From positions 1 through 45,792 of the IMG/VR virus record IMGVR_UViG_3300037225_000328: 45,792 bases of DNA, one strand, 5' to 3'. Origin of the DNA: a virus. Lineage: Duplodnaviria > Heunggongvirae > Uroviricota > Caudoviricetes. The translations under genes were made by a program, and so were the position numbers. A model generated the notes under the pieces. The model searched no databases. It was not told the origin of the DNA and saw only the letters and a program-made list of their open reading frames with translations. This document shows, one piece after another, positions 25,015 to 33,499 of this stretch. Numbering within the stretch: the first letter of the stretch is position 1; every line of letters starts with the position of its first letter.

Positions 25015-25706
25015 TATGGCCTCCAATTCCAGACTGCATTTTGATTAGAAATATCTGGCAAATACTTACCAGCTTCATAGTCTGGTCTAACCCATTTTGC
25101 TAAGAAATCAACTCCATAACGTGTTTCAACTCGCCACACCCATCCTTCAACTTGTGCGGCTCCACACCCGCTAATCGGAAAGTGATCCATAACCCATTCA
25201 GGAGTATGAGGAGGTCCATAAGAAATCAATGGTACGGTTTCAAATTTACCTGCCACCCTAGTCATGAAATCTTCATATCGAAGACGCTTATCTTCAGTCA
25301 TTAAATCAAACGCACGAAAAACTTCTTCATTTGAGAGAATGGTATAATTAGTTCCATGCGCCTGGGCAATCCATTCTCCAACAAGTCGCTCCCCCTCCTG
25401 TAATAGTTTGTCAAAGCGCTCTATTCGTTCCATCACCCAACGATAGAATAAGTGGTGATTTATAAAACGAGATGTGCAAGCTAAATTACCCGCGCGAGTA
25501 ATTGGGAGGATAGCACCATTAACCTTGCATACTGCAACACAGGAACCATCAACCTTCTCTTGAATAACTATGTTATCATATTTATCACGAGTTTGTTGGG
25601 TCGCAATAATAGCTTGTCCTGGCGTAATATAACGATCAGTCTTTCCAACCCGCGAGCCAGGAAGATGTCCTATATGTCCGTATGCTTTTCTATTAAGAGG
25701 TTTCAT
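25014..25706 (-). CDS. ATP-dependent RNA ligase family protein
   Basis: QEKVDGS (KxDG), GEW, FDL, EGWVWR, AKWV. Confidence 0.8.
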   Translation of the reverse strand: MKPLNRKAYGHIGHLPGSRVGKTDRYITPGQAIIATQQTRDKYDNIVIQEKVDGSCVAVCKVNGAILPITRAGNLACTSRFINHHLFYRWVMERIERFDKLLQEGERLVGEWIAQAHGTNYTILSNEEVFRAFDLMTEDKRLRYEDFMTRVAGKFETVPLISYGPPHTPEWVMDHFPISGCGAAQVEGWVWRVETRYGVDFLAKWVRPDYEAGKYLPDISNQNAVWNWRP

Positions 25707-26353
25707 ATTGCACCACCACCTAAAACAAATTGCAAATTAGCTAATTCGTGACCTAATGGAACCCTCCATAAAATAGGCCGGGTTCCTTTCATCATTTCAG
25801 CCGCCGTCTTTCGACACCATAAAATATCAAAGCATAGTACCGATTGTCCCTCATCGTATCCAATAGCCGTTGTATGTCGCTGGCCTGCCACCACCTTCCA
25901 ATTCAAATGTGGAGCTACTTTAAGACCAAGAGCACAATTAAAGGCTCCTAGAGAATCCGATGCTCCAATGCAACGATACCAGTCGGGAGTTTCTGGCTGC
26001 GGGTAAAATTCTGCCATAAGTTCTTTATAACGAACCAAAATAAATTGGGCCACTTCTGAATCATACCATCTTTCCAGTTCCAACTCACTGAGATATTTAG
26101 GTTCTTGTTCCTCACTCCAACGTAGCCATTCTTTATAGGCATCAGAAGTTTCAAAACGTTGATAAGCAATATAATCCCAGGCATCATCCTCAGAGTACAT
26201 CCAAGGGGCTTTTACTAAATCCCACGGCCCCGGAATAGTTGGCATATTTTCAGCATAGACTTTCATACCTAAATCCAGCGCTAGTTGGACAGTAGGATCA
26301 CTAAGATGCCGTTTTACTTCCGGCCAGCATTTATCAACGTCATATATTTTCAT
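25703..26353 (-). CDS. hypothetical protein
   Basis: 216-aa coupled ORF. Confidence 0.7.
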   Translation of the reverse strand: MKIYDVDKCWPEVKRHLSDPTVQLALDLGMKVYAENMPTIPGPWDLVKAPWMYSEDDAWDYIAYQRFETSDAYKEWLRWSEEQEPKYLSELELERWYDSEVAQFILVRYKELMAEFYPQPETPDWYRCIGASDSLGAFNCALGLKVAPHLNWKVVAGQRHTTAIGYDEGQSVLCFDILWCRKTAAEMMKGTRPILWRVPLGHELANLQFVLGGGAI

Positions 26354-26576
26354 GTTTTTTGGGAACTAAAGTAACTTCAGTCTCGCCATTTTCTATTGCT
26401 TTGAGAATTGCATAAGTGAACAAACTAGCGGGATCCGTAGTGTAACCACACACTTTTCGGATGAACAAAGAATTCCATAATTCTTGAACATGTTTTGAAT
26501 CAACATTAAGTGTAATTGTTTTAAGTTCAGTAGCCACGGCCAATTTCCAAAGTAACAATATCGACAGAATTAACAA
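26340..26576 (-). CDS. hypothetical protein
   Basis: ORF; start uncertain. Confidence 0.5.
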   Translation of the reverse strand: MLILSILLLWKLAVATELKTITLNVDSKHVQELWNSLFIRKVCGYTTDPASLFTYAILKAIENGETEVTLVPKKHENI

Positions 26577-27039
26577 CCGACATACCTTGTTTCAAAGCCA
26601 TCTGAATAAAGGCTTCTTTTTGTTTCTCGGCTTGTTCTCGGGTATACCATAATTTTTCAGAAAAAATAACAGTTTCTTCTCTTCGCACAATCCCACTATC
26701 TAAACCTATCGCTCTTAATTGATAAAGTTTCTGAATACTGCCAAACCAATTATGATATCGTCCATACGCTCCAGCAATATCAAGTGCTTCACCGGGGTCA
26801 ATACCTTTTAGGTATAAAATTATAAAAAGAGCCGCCATCCTTTTAGCATTATCTTTAGATAACCAATCAACGCGCCCCAATTGCATTGAACCATGCTTCC
26901 ATGAGATATTCCAATCTGGCCCATCAGGAGCTAAGTATTTATGTCCGCTCGCGTCTACTCTGCAATAATTTAATTCAACTCTCGCATTATTGACATCAAG
27001 AATAGCATCAGGATTATCAAAATATTGACAATAATTCAT
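26527..27039 (-). CDS. hypothetical protein
   Basis: GGAG SD. Confidence 0.7.
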   Translation of the reverse strand: MNYCQYFDNPDAILDVNNARVELNYCRVDASGHKYLAPDGPDWNISWKHGSMQLGRVDWLSKDNAKRMAALFIILYLKGIDPGEALDIAGAYGRYHNWFGSIQKLYQLRAIGLDSGIVRREETVIFSEKLWYTREQAEKQKEAFIQMALKQGMSVVNSVDIVTLEIGRGY

Positions 27040-27043
27040 TTAA

Positions 27044-27232
27044 TCACTCCGGTAATTGAATTGCCTTATCTGCCCGTTTTAATGTACGACGGATTGATTT
27101 CTTATTGCGGCAATATGGGCGACAGTCGCCAGACTTTTTGGATAATCGACCAACTCCACTTCGCCGCCCTTCATTTTGAATATCAGCAATATCGGGGCCT
27201 TCTGTTAATCTCTTATGTTGATAGGGATGCAT
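27044..27232 (-). CDS. small basic hypothetical protein
   Basis: TAATG-coupled. Confidence 0.6.
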   Translation of the reverse strand: MHPYQHKRLTEGPDIADIQNEGRRSGVGRLSKKSGDCRPYCRNKKSIRRTLKRADKAIQLPE

Positions 27233-27615
27233 TAGTCATTCCACAAAGTTTCTCGATTGCCTTTCAAGAATTGTTCCGCAACCCGTGAAATTAAAGCATC
27301 TCGTTGGATCGGGTCAAAATTATCCGAAACCGTAATAATTGGATCAACTAATGCAGTAGCTTTTTGCTCGGCTCTCGCTTTAATTCCGGCCTCAATCATA
27401 GGCGTCGTACTTTCAACTAAACCCTTTAAGTGAGTCGTTAAATTATTATTAAGTCTCTTAAAGACTATTGACAACATTTCAAAATATTTAACTGCCTGAG
27501 TATTTCCCACCTTCGTCATCTTTTTTGCCAATTCAAGACAATAGCATTCAGCTTCATGAAGCGATTGGGCTCCTTGTTCATTAGCATACAGAAGCATTGA
27601 TAAATCAACGTCCAT
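27232..27615 (-). CDS. hypothetical protein
   Basis: ORF in run. Confidence 0.65.
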   Translation of the reverse strand: MDVDLSMLLYANEQGAQSLHEAECYCLELAKKMTKVGNTQAVKYFEMLSIVFKRLNNNLTTHLKGLVESTTPMIEAGIKARAEQKATALVDPIITVSDNFDPIQRDALISRVAEQFLKGNRETLWND

Positions 27616-27958
27616 TTATAATCTCCCAAATCTCACTAAGAAACTGTTGAATAAAAGTAATTCGGGCACGAATTCGTTCATCAGCTACTTGCTCAGGAGT
27701 CAACCAATTACACATAACTTCAGTAAAACCACGGGCCGCAACCAACTGACGCAAATGATCAACCGTAAATTGCTTTGGACTCTCAGGAAGAAATTCCAAG
27801 AGATTTAGTAATTCGCGTGAAGAAAACCCATCTTGTGGATTAGCCTCCAAATGTTTTATATCTAAGTCAAGAATATCCTGTGGAGGCGCATACTGATAAT
27901 CGGCGGGTTCAGGTATATACTCTCGGTATGCCCATGCTAGGTGTCGAATTTTGTTCAT
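27605..27958 (-). CDS. hypothetical protein (probably leaderless)
   Basis: ATG 5 nt after TTGACA-16-TAGAAT. Confidence 0.7.
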   Translation of the reverse strand: MNKIRHLAWAYREYIPEPADYQYAPPQDILDLDIKHLEANPQDGFSSRELLNLLEFLPESPKQFTVDHLRQLVAARGFTEVMCNWLTPEQVADERIRARITFIQQFLSEIWEIINGR

Positions 27959-27963
27959 ATTCT

Positions 27964-27991
27964 ATTCTACCATCTTTTTAGGCGTTGTCAA
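27964..27991 (-). promoter_or_regulatory. sigma70-like promoter
   Basis: TTGACA-16nt-TAGAAT-5nt-ATG. Confidence 0.78.
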
Positions 27992-28304
27992 TATCATATT
28001 CATCCCAATAGAAATTATCGGTTAGATTACCATCCCTGTCGTATACCCGTAAACCAATGAAACTAACCGGACCACTTGACCAGGGTTGTGCTTGTAAATA
28101 CTCATCTGCATAACGTCCATCTTTAAGCTGATGCCGAAATAACGTATACTCTTCATCAAACATTCCATGAAATATATCGCCTGTTGGCTCCATAACTGGT
28201 GGAAAAGGTCGATTACAATGAGGGCAGGGTGGGGGCGTTACTTCATTATCACGAAGAAAACAAACCGCAGCATCAGGTAAACCTAGTGTCTGATCACAAC
28301 GCAT
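27978..28304 (-). CDS. hypothetical CxxC protein
   Basis: CPHC; abuts upstream stop. Confidence 0.65.
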   Translation of the reverse strand: MRCDQTLGLPDAAVCFLRDNEVTPPPCPHCNRPFPPVMEPTGDIFHGMFDEEYTLFRHQLKDGRYADEYLQAQPWSSGPVSFIGLRVYDRDGNLTDNFYWDEYDIDNA

Positions 28305-28811
28305 TTAATTCCCCTTTCGATGAAATAGACGCCATAACCAACCATGATTAGGTTCAGGTGTCGGAGTTGGTATTAATGGTGTCGGATTTACTGTTGTCAC
28401 ACCGTCACAAAAATGACCACATGAATACCAAATACCAGTCCTTCGACTTTGTACCATTGCATAGCCATAATAGCTGTGTGGTGCATTGCATTCTTTCCAG
28501 TGGCCGGGCGATTGACGCCAACACTTATAAGCATCATCAGCCGATTCGGCTGCGGATTGACCTTCCCATGACTCTGCACATATTTCAGAAACAGAGCAGC
28601 CTGGAAACTGCTTCATTGTTTCTGCCGACCTACAATCAAAATGCTGGTGCCCAAGAATATCAGTATCCGCTTGATAAGTCGCTTGCTTCAATGCTTGCTC
28701 CATCATAAAAGGATGGGGCGGCGTTTGTGTAATACTAGGAACGCCAATCTTTCGGCCTGCCTCTATGAGCAGATCAGAGGGAGTGGGCTGACCAATTAAA
28801 TCGTAATCCAT
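28305..28811 (-). CDS. CAP/SCP-domain protein
   Basis: GHQ.F, EICAESW, WRQSPGH, YYG...WY.C. Confidence 0.75.
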   Translation of the reverse strand: MDYDLIGQPTPSDLLIEAGRKIGVPSITQTPPHPFMMEQALKQATYQADTDILGHQHFDCRSAETMKQFPGCSVSEICAESWEGQSAAESADDAYKCWRQSPGHWKECNAPHSYYGYAMVQSRRTGIWYSCGHFCDGVTTVNPTPLIPTPTPEPNHGWLWRLFHRKGN

Positions 28812-29083
28812 TAGCGTAGTACCTGCTTGCGAGTTAGCTCAAATGTTACTGTGCCTAACTTACGACCCGTCTTATCTCGAACTACCGCCACGCGAGAAAC
28901 TGGTAGATTCTTAGGCCATAGACGTACATTGTCTACAACATTCTTCAAGCTAGTCTTCCCATCCAATGGAAGTGTCTGCTTATCAATGTCTACCTTCACA
29001 TCGTCACGGGTGGGCATTGAATTATACAAGCCCGTGAATCCATAATTGCCACCAACAATCTTGATACTGTAAAAAAGTGTCAT
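28811..29083 (-). CDS. hypothetical protein
   Basis: TAATG-coupled. Confidence 0.6.
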   Translation of the reverse strand: MTLFYSIKIVGGNYGFTGLYNSMPTRDDVKVDIDKQTLPLDGKTSLKNVVDNVRLWPKNLPVSRVAVVRDKTGRKLGTVTFELTRKQVLR

Positions 29084-29514
29084 ATCAAACTCCTCGAAAT
29101 ATGTGGCTTTAGTGCCTGTAAAGCCCGCAAGCCCATCGACATACAGTAGTGTCGTTCATTTGGCACAACGACGGCTACTAAATCTCTAAGATCATCTTTA
29201 CTAAAGTTTTGAAGTTCGGCCACAGTTCTACCAACCATAGCCTCCGCAATAATCGCACAACACGCATCACAAACACAGCACCCTCTTGGAAAGATCCCAA
29301 TTTCTGATAAGATGCTATTTTTAATATTAGCCTCGACATAGACATTATCTCCACAAATTGGACTCTGAACTTCCGCGCTATGAGTAATTACGGATGGATG
29401 AATTGGCTTTTGGGCTTTTTCCCAATAATTTAGCATACGCTCAGTGTATAATTCATAACTACTCATTGCACCGCCTTTTATAGCAGCAAGTCTAGTCCCA
29501 AGTGGTTTATTCAT
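29080..29514 (-). CDS. IscU/SufU-like Fe-S scaffold
   Basis: SPICGD, GC, R..CM..G..AL. Confidence 0.8.
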   Translation of the reverse strand: MNKPLGTRLAAIKGGAMSSYELYTERMLNYWEKAQKPIHPSVITHSAEVQSPICGDNVYVEANIKNSILSEIGIFPRGCCVCDACCAIIAEAMVGRTVAELQNFSKDDLRDLVAVVVPNERHYCMSMGLRALQALKPHISRSLI

Positions 29515-29896
29515 CGTTTACTTGTCTACATTTACCACGTTCTTTTGTATCCCAATTAAAACACCCTTCAACTGCCGCTTTTACAACTTTTAAGCAAGTT
29601 GTTCTTTTATATTCTTCAAAAGGAAGTAATGCTTCGGTAGCGATAGTATCTACTGAAACCAATTGACAGCCTTCTAAAGCATCAGCTACAACAGAAGCGG
29701 CTGATAAAACAATAGGACAGCCAGTGCCTTGCCAACGAATTTCTTCGATATGACCCCGATAAACTTTTGCTTGAAAGGCAATAAAATCCTCATGCTCAGG
29801 ACCACGCGCTGCCCCCGAGTGTGTGAATCTAACAACCCTACCAAAATTAATCGGTTCGCTTATATGTCTCGAAATCAAATCCATCAAATCCATCAT
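29507..29896 (-). CDS. second IscU/SufU-like protein lacking the first Cys
   Basis: H...P.NFG, PEHED replaces PxCGD, GTGCPI..SAAS, R..C. Confidence 0.72.
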   Translation of the reverse strand: MMDLMDLISRHISEPINFGRVVRFTHSGAARGPEHEDFIAFQAKVYRGHIEEIRWQGTGCPIVLSAASVVADALEGCQLVSVDTIATEALLPFEEYKRTTCLKVVKAAVEGCFNWDTKERGKCRQVNDE

Positions 29897-30047
29897 CTTC
29901 CCCTAATTCTCCTCTCTGGCGCTTTCGTTTTAATTGTTTTTCAGCGCGCTTTAGTTTCTTTTTCAAATCTCTAGCCCGCCTTGCATCACCCATCTCTTCG
30001 TTGAATCTCCATGTTCGGCCCATGTTAACAGCCAACTCTCCTTTCAA
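29847..30047 (-). CDS. small charged hypothetical protein
   Basis: MGRTWR...KKKLKRAEKQLKRKR; start uncertain. Confidence 0.55.
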   Translation of the reverse strand: MKGELAVNMGRTWRFNEEMGDARRARDLKKKLKRAEKQLKRKRQRGELGEDDGFDGFDFETYKRTD

Positions 30048-30339
30048 TTTGAGTCACGTTGTAAAGCATCTTATCTAGGATCATTGTTAATAAACTTCCA
30101 GCCAACCATCTTACATGGCCAGGTGGACCACCGCAAAATAAGATTGGACCTGCGCCAGCAGCCGGATAATCTCCTGGAAATACATCAAGTAACTCTATAG
30201 GTGTTATGGTTTTATTACCTGTTTTAGTGGGTCTAATGATTGGTTCATTAAGACTGTTATGGAATAATAAATATTCACCTGCTTCATTTACACTCATTGA
30301 ACCATGCCGGGTAATAAATTCCTCTATATCTATTTGCAT
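30025..30339 (-). CDS. GGPP-family unknown protein 1
   Basis: AAGAGPILFCGGPP..WLAGSLLTMILDK. Confidence 0.75.
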   Translation of the reverse strand: MQIDIEEFITRHGSMSVNEAGEYLLFHNSLNEPIIRPTKTGNKTITPIELLDVFPGDYPAAGAGPILFCGGPPGHVRWLAGSLLTMILDKMLYNVTQIERRVGC

Positions 30340-30683
30340 GTTGCTTTTACTTTACTCAATGCTTGCCCTACAACATGAAACTTGCCTTTTGCTAATTGAA
30401 AAGCGGCATGATCAAGTAACATGGTTAAAAGTGTTCCATTAAAATGCCGCCCTTTCCCCGGTGGGCCACCATAAAATTGTATTTCTAATTCATCGGCAGC
30501 AATATTGGCCCAATACTTCGGAAGAGTTAAAAGTTCTTTTAGAGAAAAATAAAGGCCATCCACAAATACCCGCGAATTAGGGGCTTCAAAAATATTACAG
30601 AGAATCTCTAAAGCTTCCAACGCCGTCACATGCTGGAAAAATTCCTGTAAACGAGTTAAGTCAATTTTATGATGCATGTCCAC
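30330..30683 (-). CDS. GGPP-family unknown protein 2
   Basis: AADELEIQFYGGPP..FNGTLLTMLLDH. Confidence 0.75.
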   Translation of the reverse strand: MDMHHKIDLTRLQEFFQHVTALEALEILCNIFEAPNSRVFVDGLYFSLKELLTLPKYWANIAADELEIQFYGGPPGKGRHFNGTLLTMLLDHAAFQLAKGKFHVVGQALSKVKATCK

Positions 30684-31083
30684 TTATTAAATCCGCATAT
30701 CCACCTTGAAGAAAATGGATATAAAGAATACGATCACACAGCACAGTTAATAATGTACCTTGAAATTGTCGGGCAGCATTATTTGGAGGGCCGCCCCAAA
30801 AAAATAATGGACCCACTTCAGATGCCGCAATGGTATGATCTTTACATAACTCCCAAATTTGTGAAATAGTTGTTTCACGCCCACTAGGGAATCTCACATG
30901 TCCATTGGCTAAATTAAATTCATCAATTAAAGTTCTAGCCGCATCCGAGGCTGAAATTTTCCCCAGTGTCCGATTTAGATTTGAAATCATTGGACACCGT
31001 TTTTGCAACAACTTTTGATTCCGTCGTTGTTTCTTTAAGGCTGCTTGCCGGGATCGATCAAAGGCAAATTTATTCTGCTTCAT
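30667..31083 (-). CDS. GGPP-family unknown protein 3 (leaderless)
   Basis: AASEVGPLFFWGGPP..FQGTLLTVLCDR. Confidence 0.78.
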   Translation of the reverse strand: MKQNKFAFDRSRQAALKKQRRNQKLLQKRCPMISNLNRTLGKISASDAARTLIDEFNLANGHVRFPSGRETTISQIWELCKDHTIAASEVGPLFFWGGPPNNAARQFQGTLLTVLCDRILYIHFLQGGYADLISGHAS

Positions 31084-31089
31084 ATATAA

Positions 31090-31117
31090 AGTATATCATA
31101 AAACTTAGACTTGTCAA
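31090..31117 (-). promoter_or_regulatory. sigma70-like promoter
   Basis: TTGACA-16nt-TATACT-6nt-ATG. Confidence 0.85.
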
Positions 31118-31677
31118 GTCTGGTGGGGACATTTTCCAAAATGTGCCTTAGCCTCATTGCAATTCCAGCATAGACATTGAAAATCCCTTTTAGGGTAGTT
31201 ATGTTGCTTTAGCCAAGTATAAAACAAGGCTGTTGTTACACCGTCTCGGCGATGTTTAGCTCCATCATTATGTATATGATCAATGGTTAAAAATTCATAC
31301 ATTGATTCACCACAACATTGACACTCCCCACCATAGGCAATAATAACTTGTTGTTTTAACTTCTTACGGGCTTTCTGGCGTGATAATCTGCATTCATCTG
31401 GGTGCTGTTGTTGATATTCTCGATGTTTCTTTTTAAGTCGCTCTTTATTTTTTTGCTGATATTTCTTTTTATAATCTTTAATTTTCTCTTTATTTTTTTC
31501 CTCATATTTTCTTCGAGTAGCTTTAACCTTATTCTTATTTTCTTGTCGATATTTTTTAGCAATATCTGCGTGACACTTTTTACAATGTGGATATGGTTTT
31601 CCATTTGACCACATATAAAAGTCGTTAATATTTTTTCGTTTAGCACATTTTGTACAGATTTTAGTTTTCATTAGCAT
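31114..31677 (-). CDS. HNH (Zn-binding) endonuclease with Lys-rich helical N-region
   Basis: CTKC..CKKC; CQCCGE..LTIDHIHNDG..LCWNCN; start revised. Confidence 0.8.
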   Translation of the reverse strand: MLMKTKICTKCAKRKNINDFYMWSNGKPYPHCKKCHADIAKKYRQENKNKVKATRRKYEEKNKEKIKDYKKKYQQKNKERLKKKHREYQQQHPDECRLSRQKARKKLKQQVIIAYGGECQCCGESMYEFLTIDHIHNDGAKHRRDGVTTALFYTWLKQHNYPKRDFQCLCWNCNEAKAHFGKCPHQT

Positions 31678-32047
31678 ACTCTTGTGGAAACAGGGGTTTT
31701 GCAGCGAGCATTCCATCTGCTAGAGCAGCCATCATAACTCGATCGATCAATAGGGTTAATAAGGAACCTCTATATATCTTCTTATAGCCCGGTGGACCAC
31801 CATAGAACTTCACTGAAATGGATTTTGCAAGACAACCTGCCACATCGGTTCCAATTAGTTCCCAAACTTGACCTCTATCTCGATTTCCCCAAATACCATC
31901 AACATACAAAGAATCTTTCTCACAACCATATTCACGCATTGATTCAACAAACTGAGAAACTCGCATAAACTGAAATTCAGTAAATATACGCCCGCATAAC
32001 AGCATTGCTATGGCTCGATTAAAATGCCGTGTATTTCGTATTACCAT
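31661..32047 (-). CDS. GGPP-family unknown protein 4
   Basis: LAKSISVKFYGGPP..YRGSLLTLLIDR; start revised to MVIRN to remove overlap. Confidence 0.72.
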   Translation of the reverse strand: MVIRNTRHFNRAIAMLLCGRIFTEFQFMRVSQFVESMREYGCEKDSLYVDGIWGNRDRGQVWELIGTDVAGCLAKSISVKFYGGPPGYKKIYRGSLLTLLIDRVMMAALADGMLAAKPLFPQEYANEN

Positions 32048-32051
32048 TATC

Positions 32052-32393
32052 CTATCCTTTGGCGGCACGAATACCGACTCGCAATGCTCGCTTGGCACAG
32101 TCAAATCCGTATTCAGCAACAATTCGGGCAATCCTGTCGAGGAGGTAAGCGTAGAAACTGGCTTGCACCCATCTACCAAACTTAGGTGGACCGCCCCAGA
32201 AGCTAATGTGTACGCATCTTGGATGGCAGCCGGAATACATTTGGTTGAGGAGTTTATCAGGTGTCGTAGCTCTATTCTTGAATATGATGTCATCATTTTG
32301 TTCGCCAAGATAATAAATAATATCTAAGGTATCACTAAGATGTAAAGGTTCAAACTTCTTTAGTAGTGACTCAGCTTGTTGTACAGGGTTCAT
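32052..32393 (-). CDS. GGPP-family unknown protein 5
   Basis: VHISFWGGPP..VQASFYAYLLDR. Confidence 0.72.
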   Translation of the reverse strand: MNPVQQAESLLKKFEPLHLSDTLDIIYYLGEQNDDIIFKNRATTPDKLLNQMYSGCHPRCVHISFWGGPPKFGRWVQASFYAYLLDRIARIVAEYGFDCAKRALRVGIRAAKG

Positions 32394-32785
32394 ATCTTAC
32401 ACTGTAAAAATCGTTTTAGCAAATCGTTTCGCTTGTGTGCTACTGCATCCATTATTCGGTCAGAAAGAAATGTAAATAAAGTCCCATTAAACCAATTATA
32501 TTGCCCTGGTGGTCCCCCAAAAAATCTAATATAAATATGGGCTGCGGGAATATTTTCTAAGTAAGACTTCTCAGCCAACATTTCTAAGGGCGATGTATCT
32601 TCCCCACAAAATCGAATCTCAGCATGACCTGCATTAAAACAATAATGAAGGATATTAACTGCCTGTCGAACAGTTATATCTCTAGTTAGGCGTTCACTAA
32701 CTTCTGCTGTATAATTAGGTTTAGAAGTAAACCCGGCATCTGCGGAAATTACAACCATACATGAACCTTCTTGGGTGCAATACAA
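32390..32785 (-). CDS. GGPP-family unknown protein 6
   Basis: AAHIYIRFFGGPP..FNGTLFTFLSDR. Confidence 0.75.
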   Translation of the reverse strand: MYCTQEGSCMVVISADAGFTSKPNYTAEVSERLTRDITVRQAVNILHYCFNAGHAEIRFCGEDTSPLEMLAEKSYLENIPAAHIYIRFFGGPPGQYNWFNGTLFTFLSDRIMDAVAHKRNDLLKRFLQCKI

Positions 32786-33093
32786 ATAACTTCTCTAGCT
32801 GCTTGAACCCCATGAGCCTGAATCTTATCAAGTAATCTGTCACAAAGCAACGTATATAAAGTTCCACGATAATATTTTAAGTGTTTAGGCGGCCCGCCCC
32901 AAAAAAGAAATGGTCCTACATTTCGAGCTATTTGATGTTTAACCGTATCTTCAAGAATAACATCTCTAATATCAAAAAGTTGTCCCTTAGAAAATACCGA
33001 GATACTAGGTTCCCCCAGTGCCTTAATAATAGTATAGGCTTGGGGGGCCGTAATATCCTGAATCAAACTCAAAATCTCTACTGGTAACTTCAT
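32749..33093 (-). CDS. GGPP-family unknown protein 7 (leaderless)
   Basis: ARNVGPFLFWGGPP..YRGTLYTLLCDR. Confidence 0.78.
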   Translation of the reverse strand: MKLPVEILSLIQDITAPQAYTIIKALGEPSISVFSKGQLFDIRDVILEDTVKHQIARNVGPFLFWGGPPKHLKYYRGTLYTLLCDRLLDKIQAHGVQAAREVICIAPKKVHVWL

Positions 33094-33099
33094 ATTACA

Positions 33100-33127
33100 A
33101 CTATAGCATTTTTTATGCCGAAGTCAA
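33100..33127 (-). promoter_or_regulatory. sigma70-like promoter
   Basis: TTGACT-16nt-TATAGT-6nt-ATG. Confidence 0.8.
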
Positions 33128-33499
33128 ATTATTCTTTCCAATATTAACTAACTCCCTAATCATTGTCACCCGTAAAGCATTTTGTTCAGGAGTAATCGGT
33201 CGCCAATGTTCATCAGATTCCTCATGTAACTTAAATTTATCAGCATTCATCCACCGTTGACAAAATTCATATAATCTTGTCGGTTTAATATCTAAATCTT
33301 CTGGAATCCCTGAATCCGTTAATTTACAATCCCGAAAAAATCTATATTGTTCTCTCTCTACCCATTGCTTATAAATCTCGGGTTGTGCGTCTCGAAGCTT
33401 CAAGCCAAGCATTGTCGCAATCTGACGGGCGAACAGGGTTCGCGCCGCTTCTGGGACGCGCCCTTGAAGGCCGGTGATTATTTCTACGAACTCTTTCAT
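33113..33499 (-). CDS. hypothetical protein
   Basis: ORF overlapping end of upstream gene. Confidence 0.6.
   Translation of the reverse strand: MKEFVEIITGLQGRVPEAARTLFARQIATMLGLKLRDAQPEIYKQWVEREQYRFFRDCKLTDSGIPEDLDIKPTRLYEFCQRWMNADKFKLHEESDEHWRPITPEQNALRVTMIRELVNIGKNNLTSA

Noticed and set aside
32048-32308. N-terminal extension of ORF 31661-32308
   Set aside because: It overlaps the GGPP paralog 32052-32393; family length supports a start at 32047.
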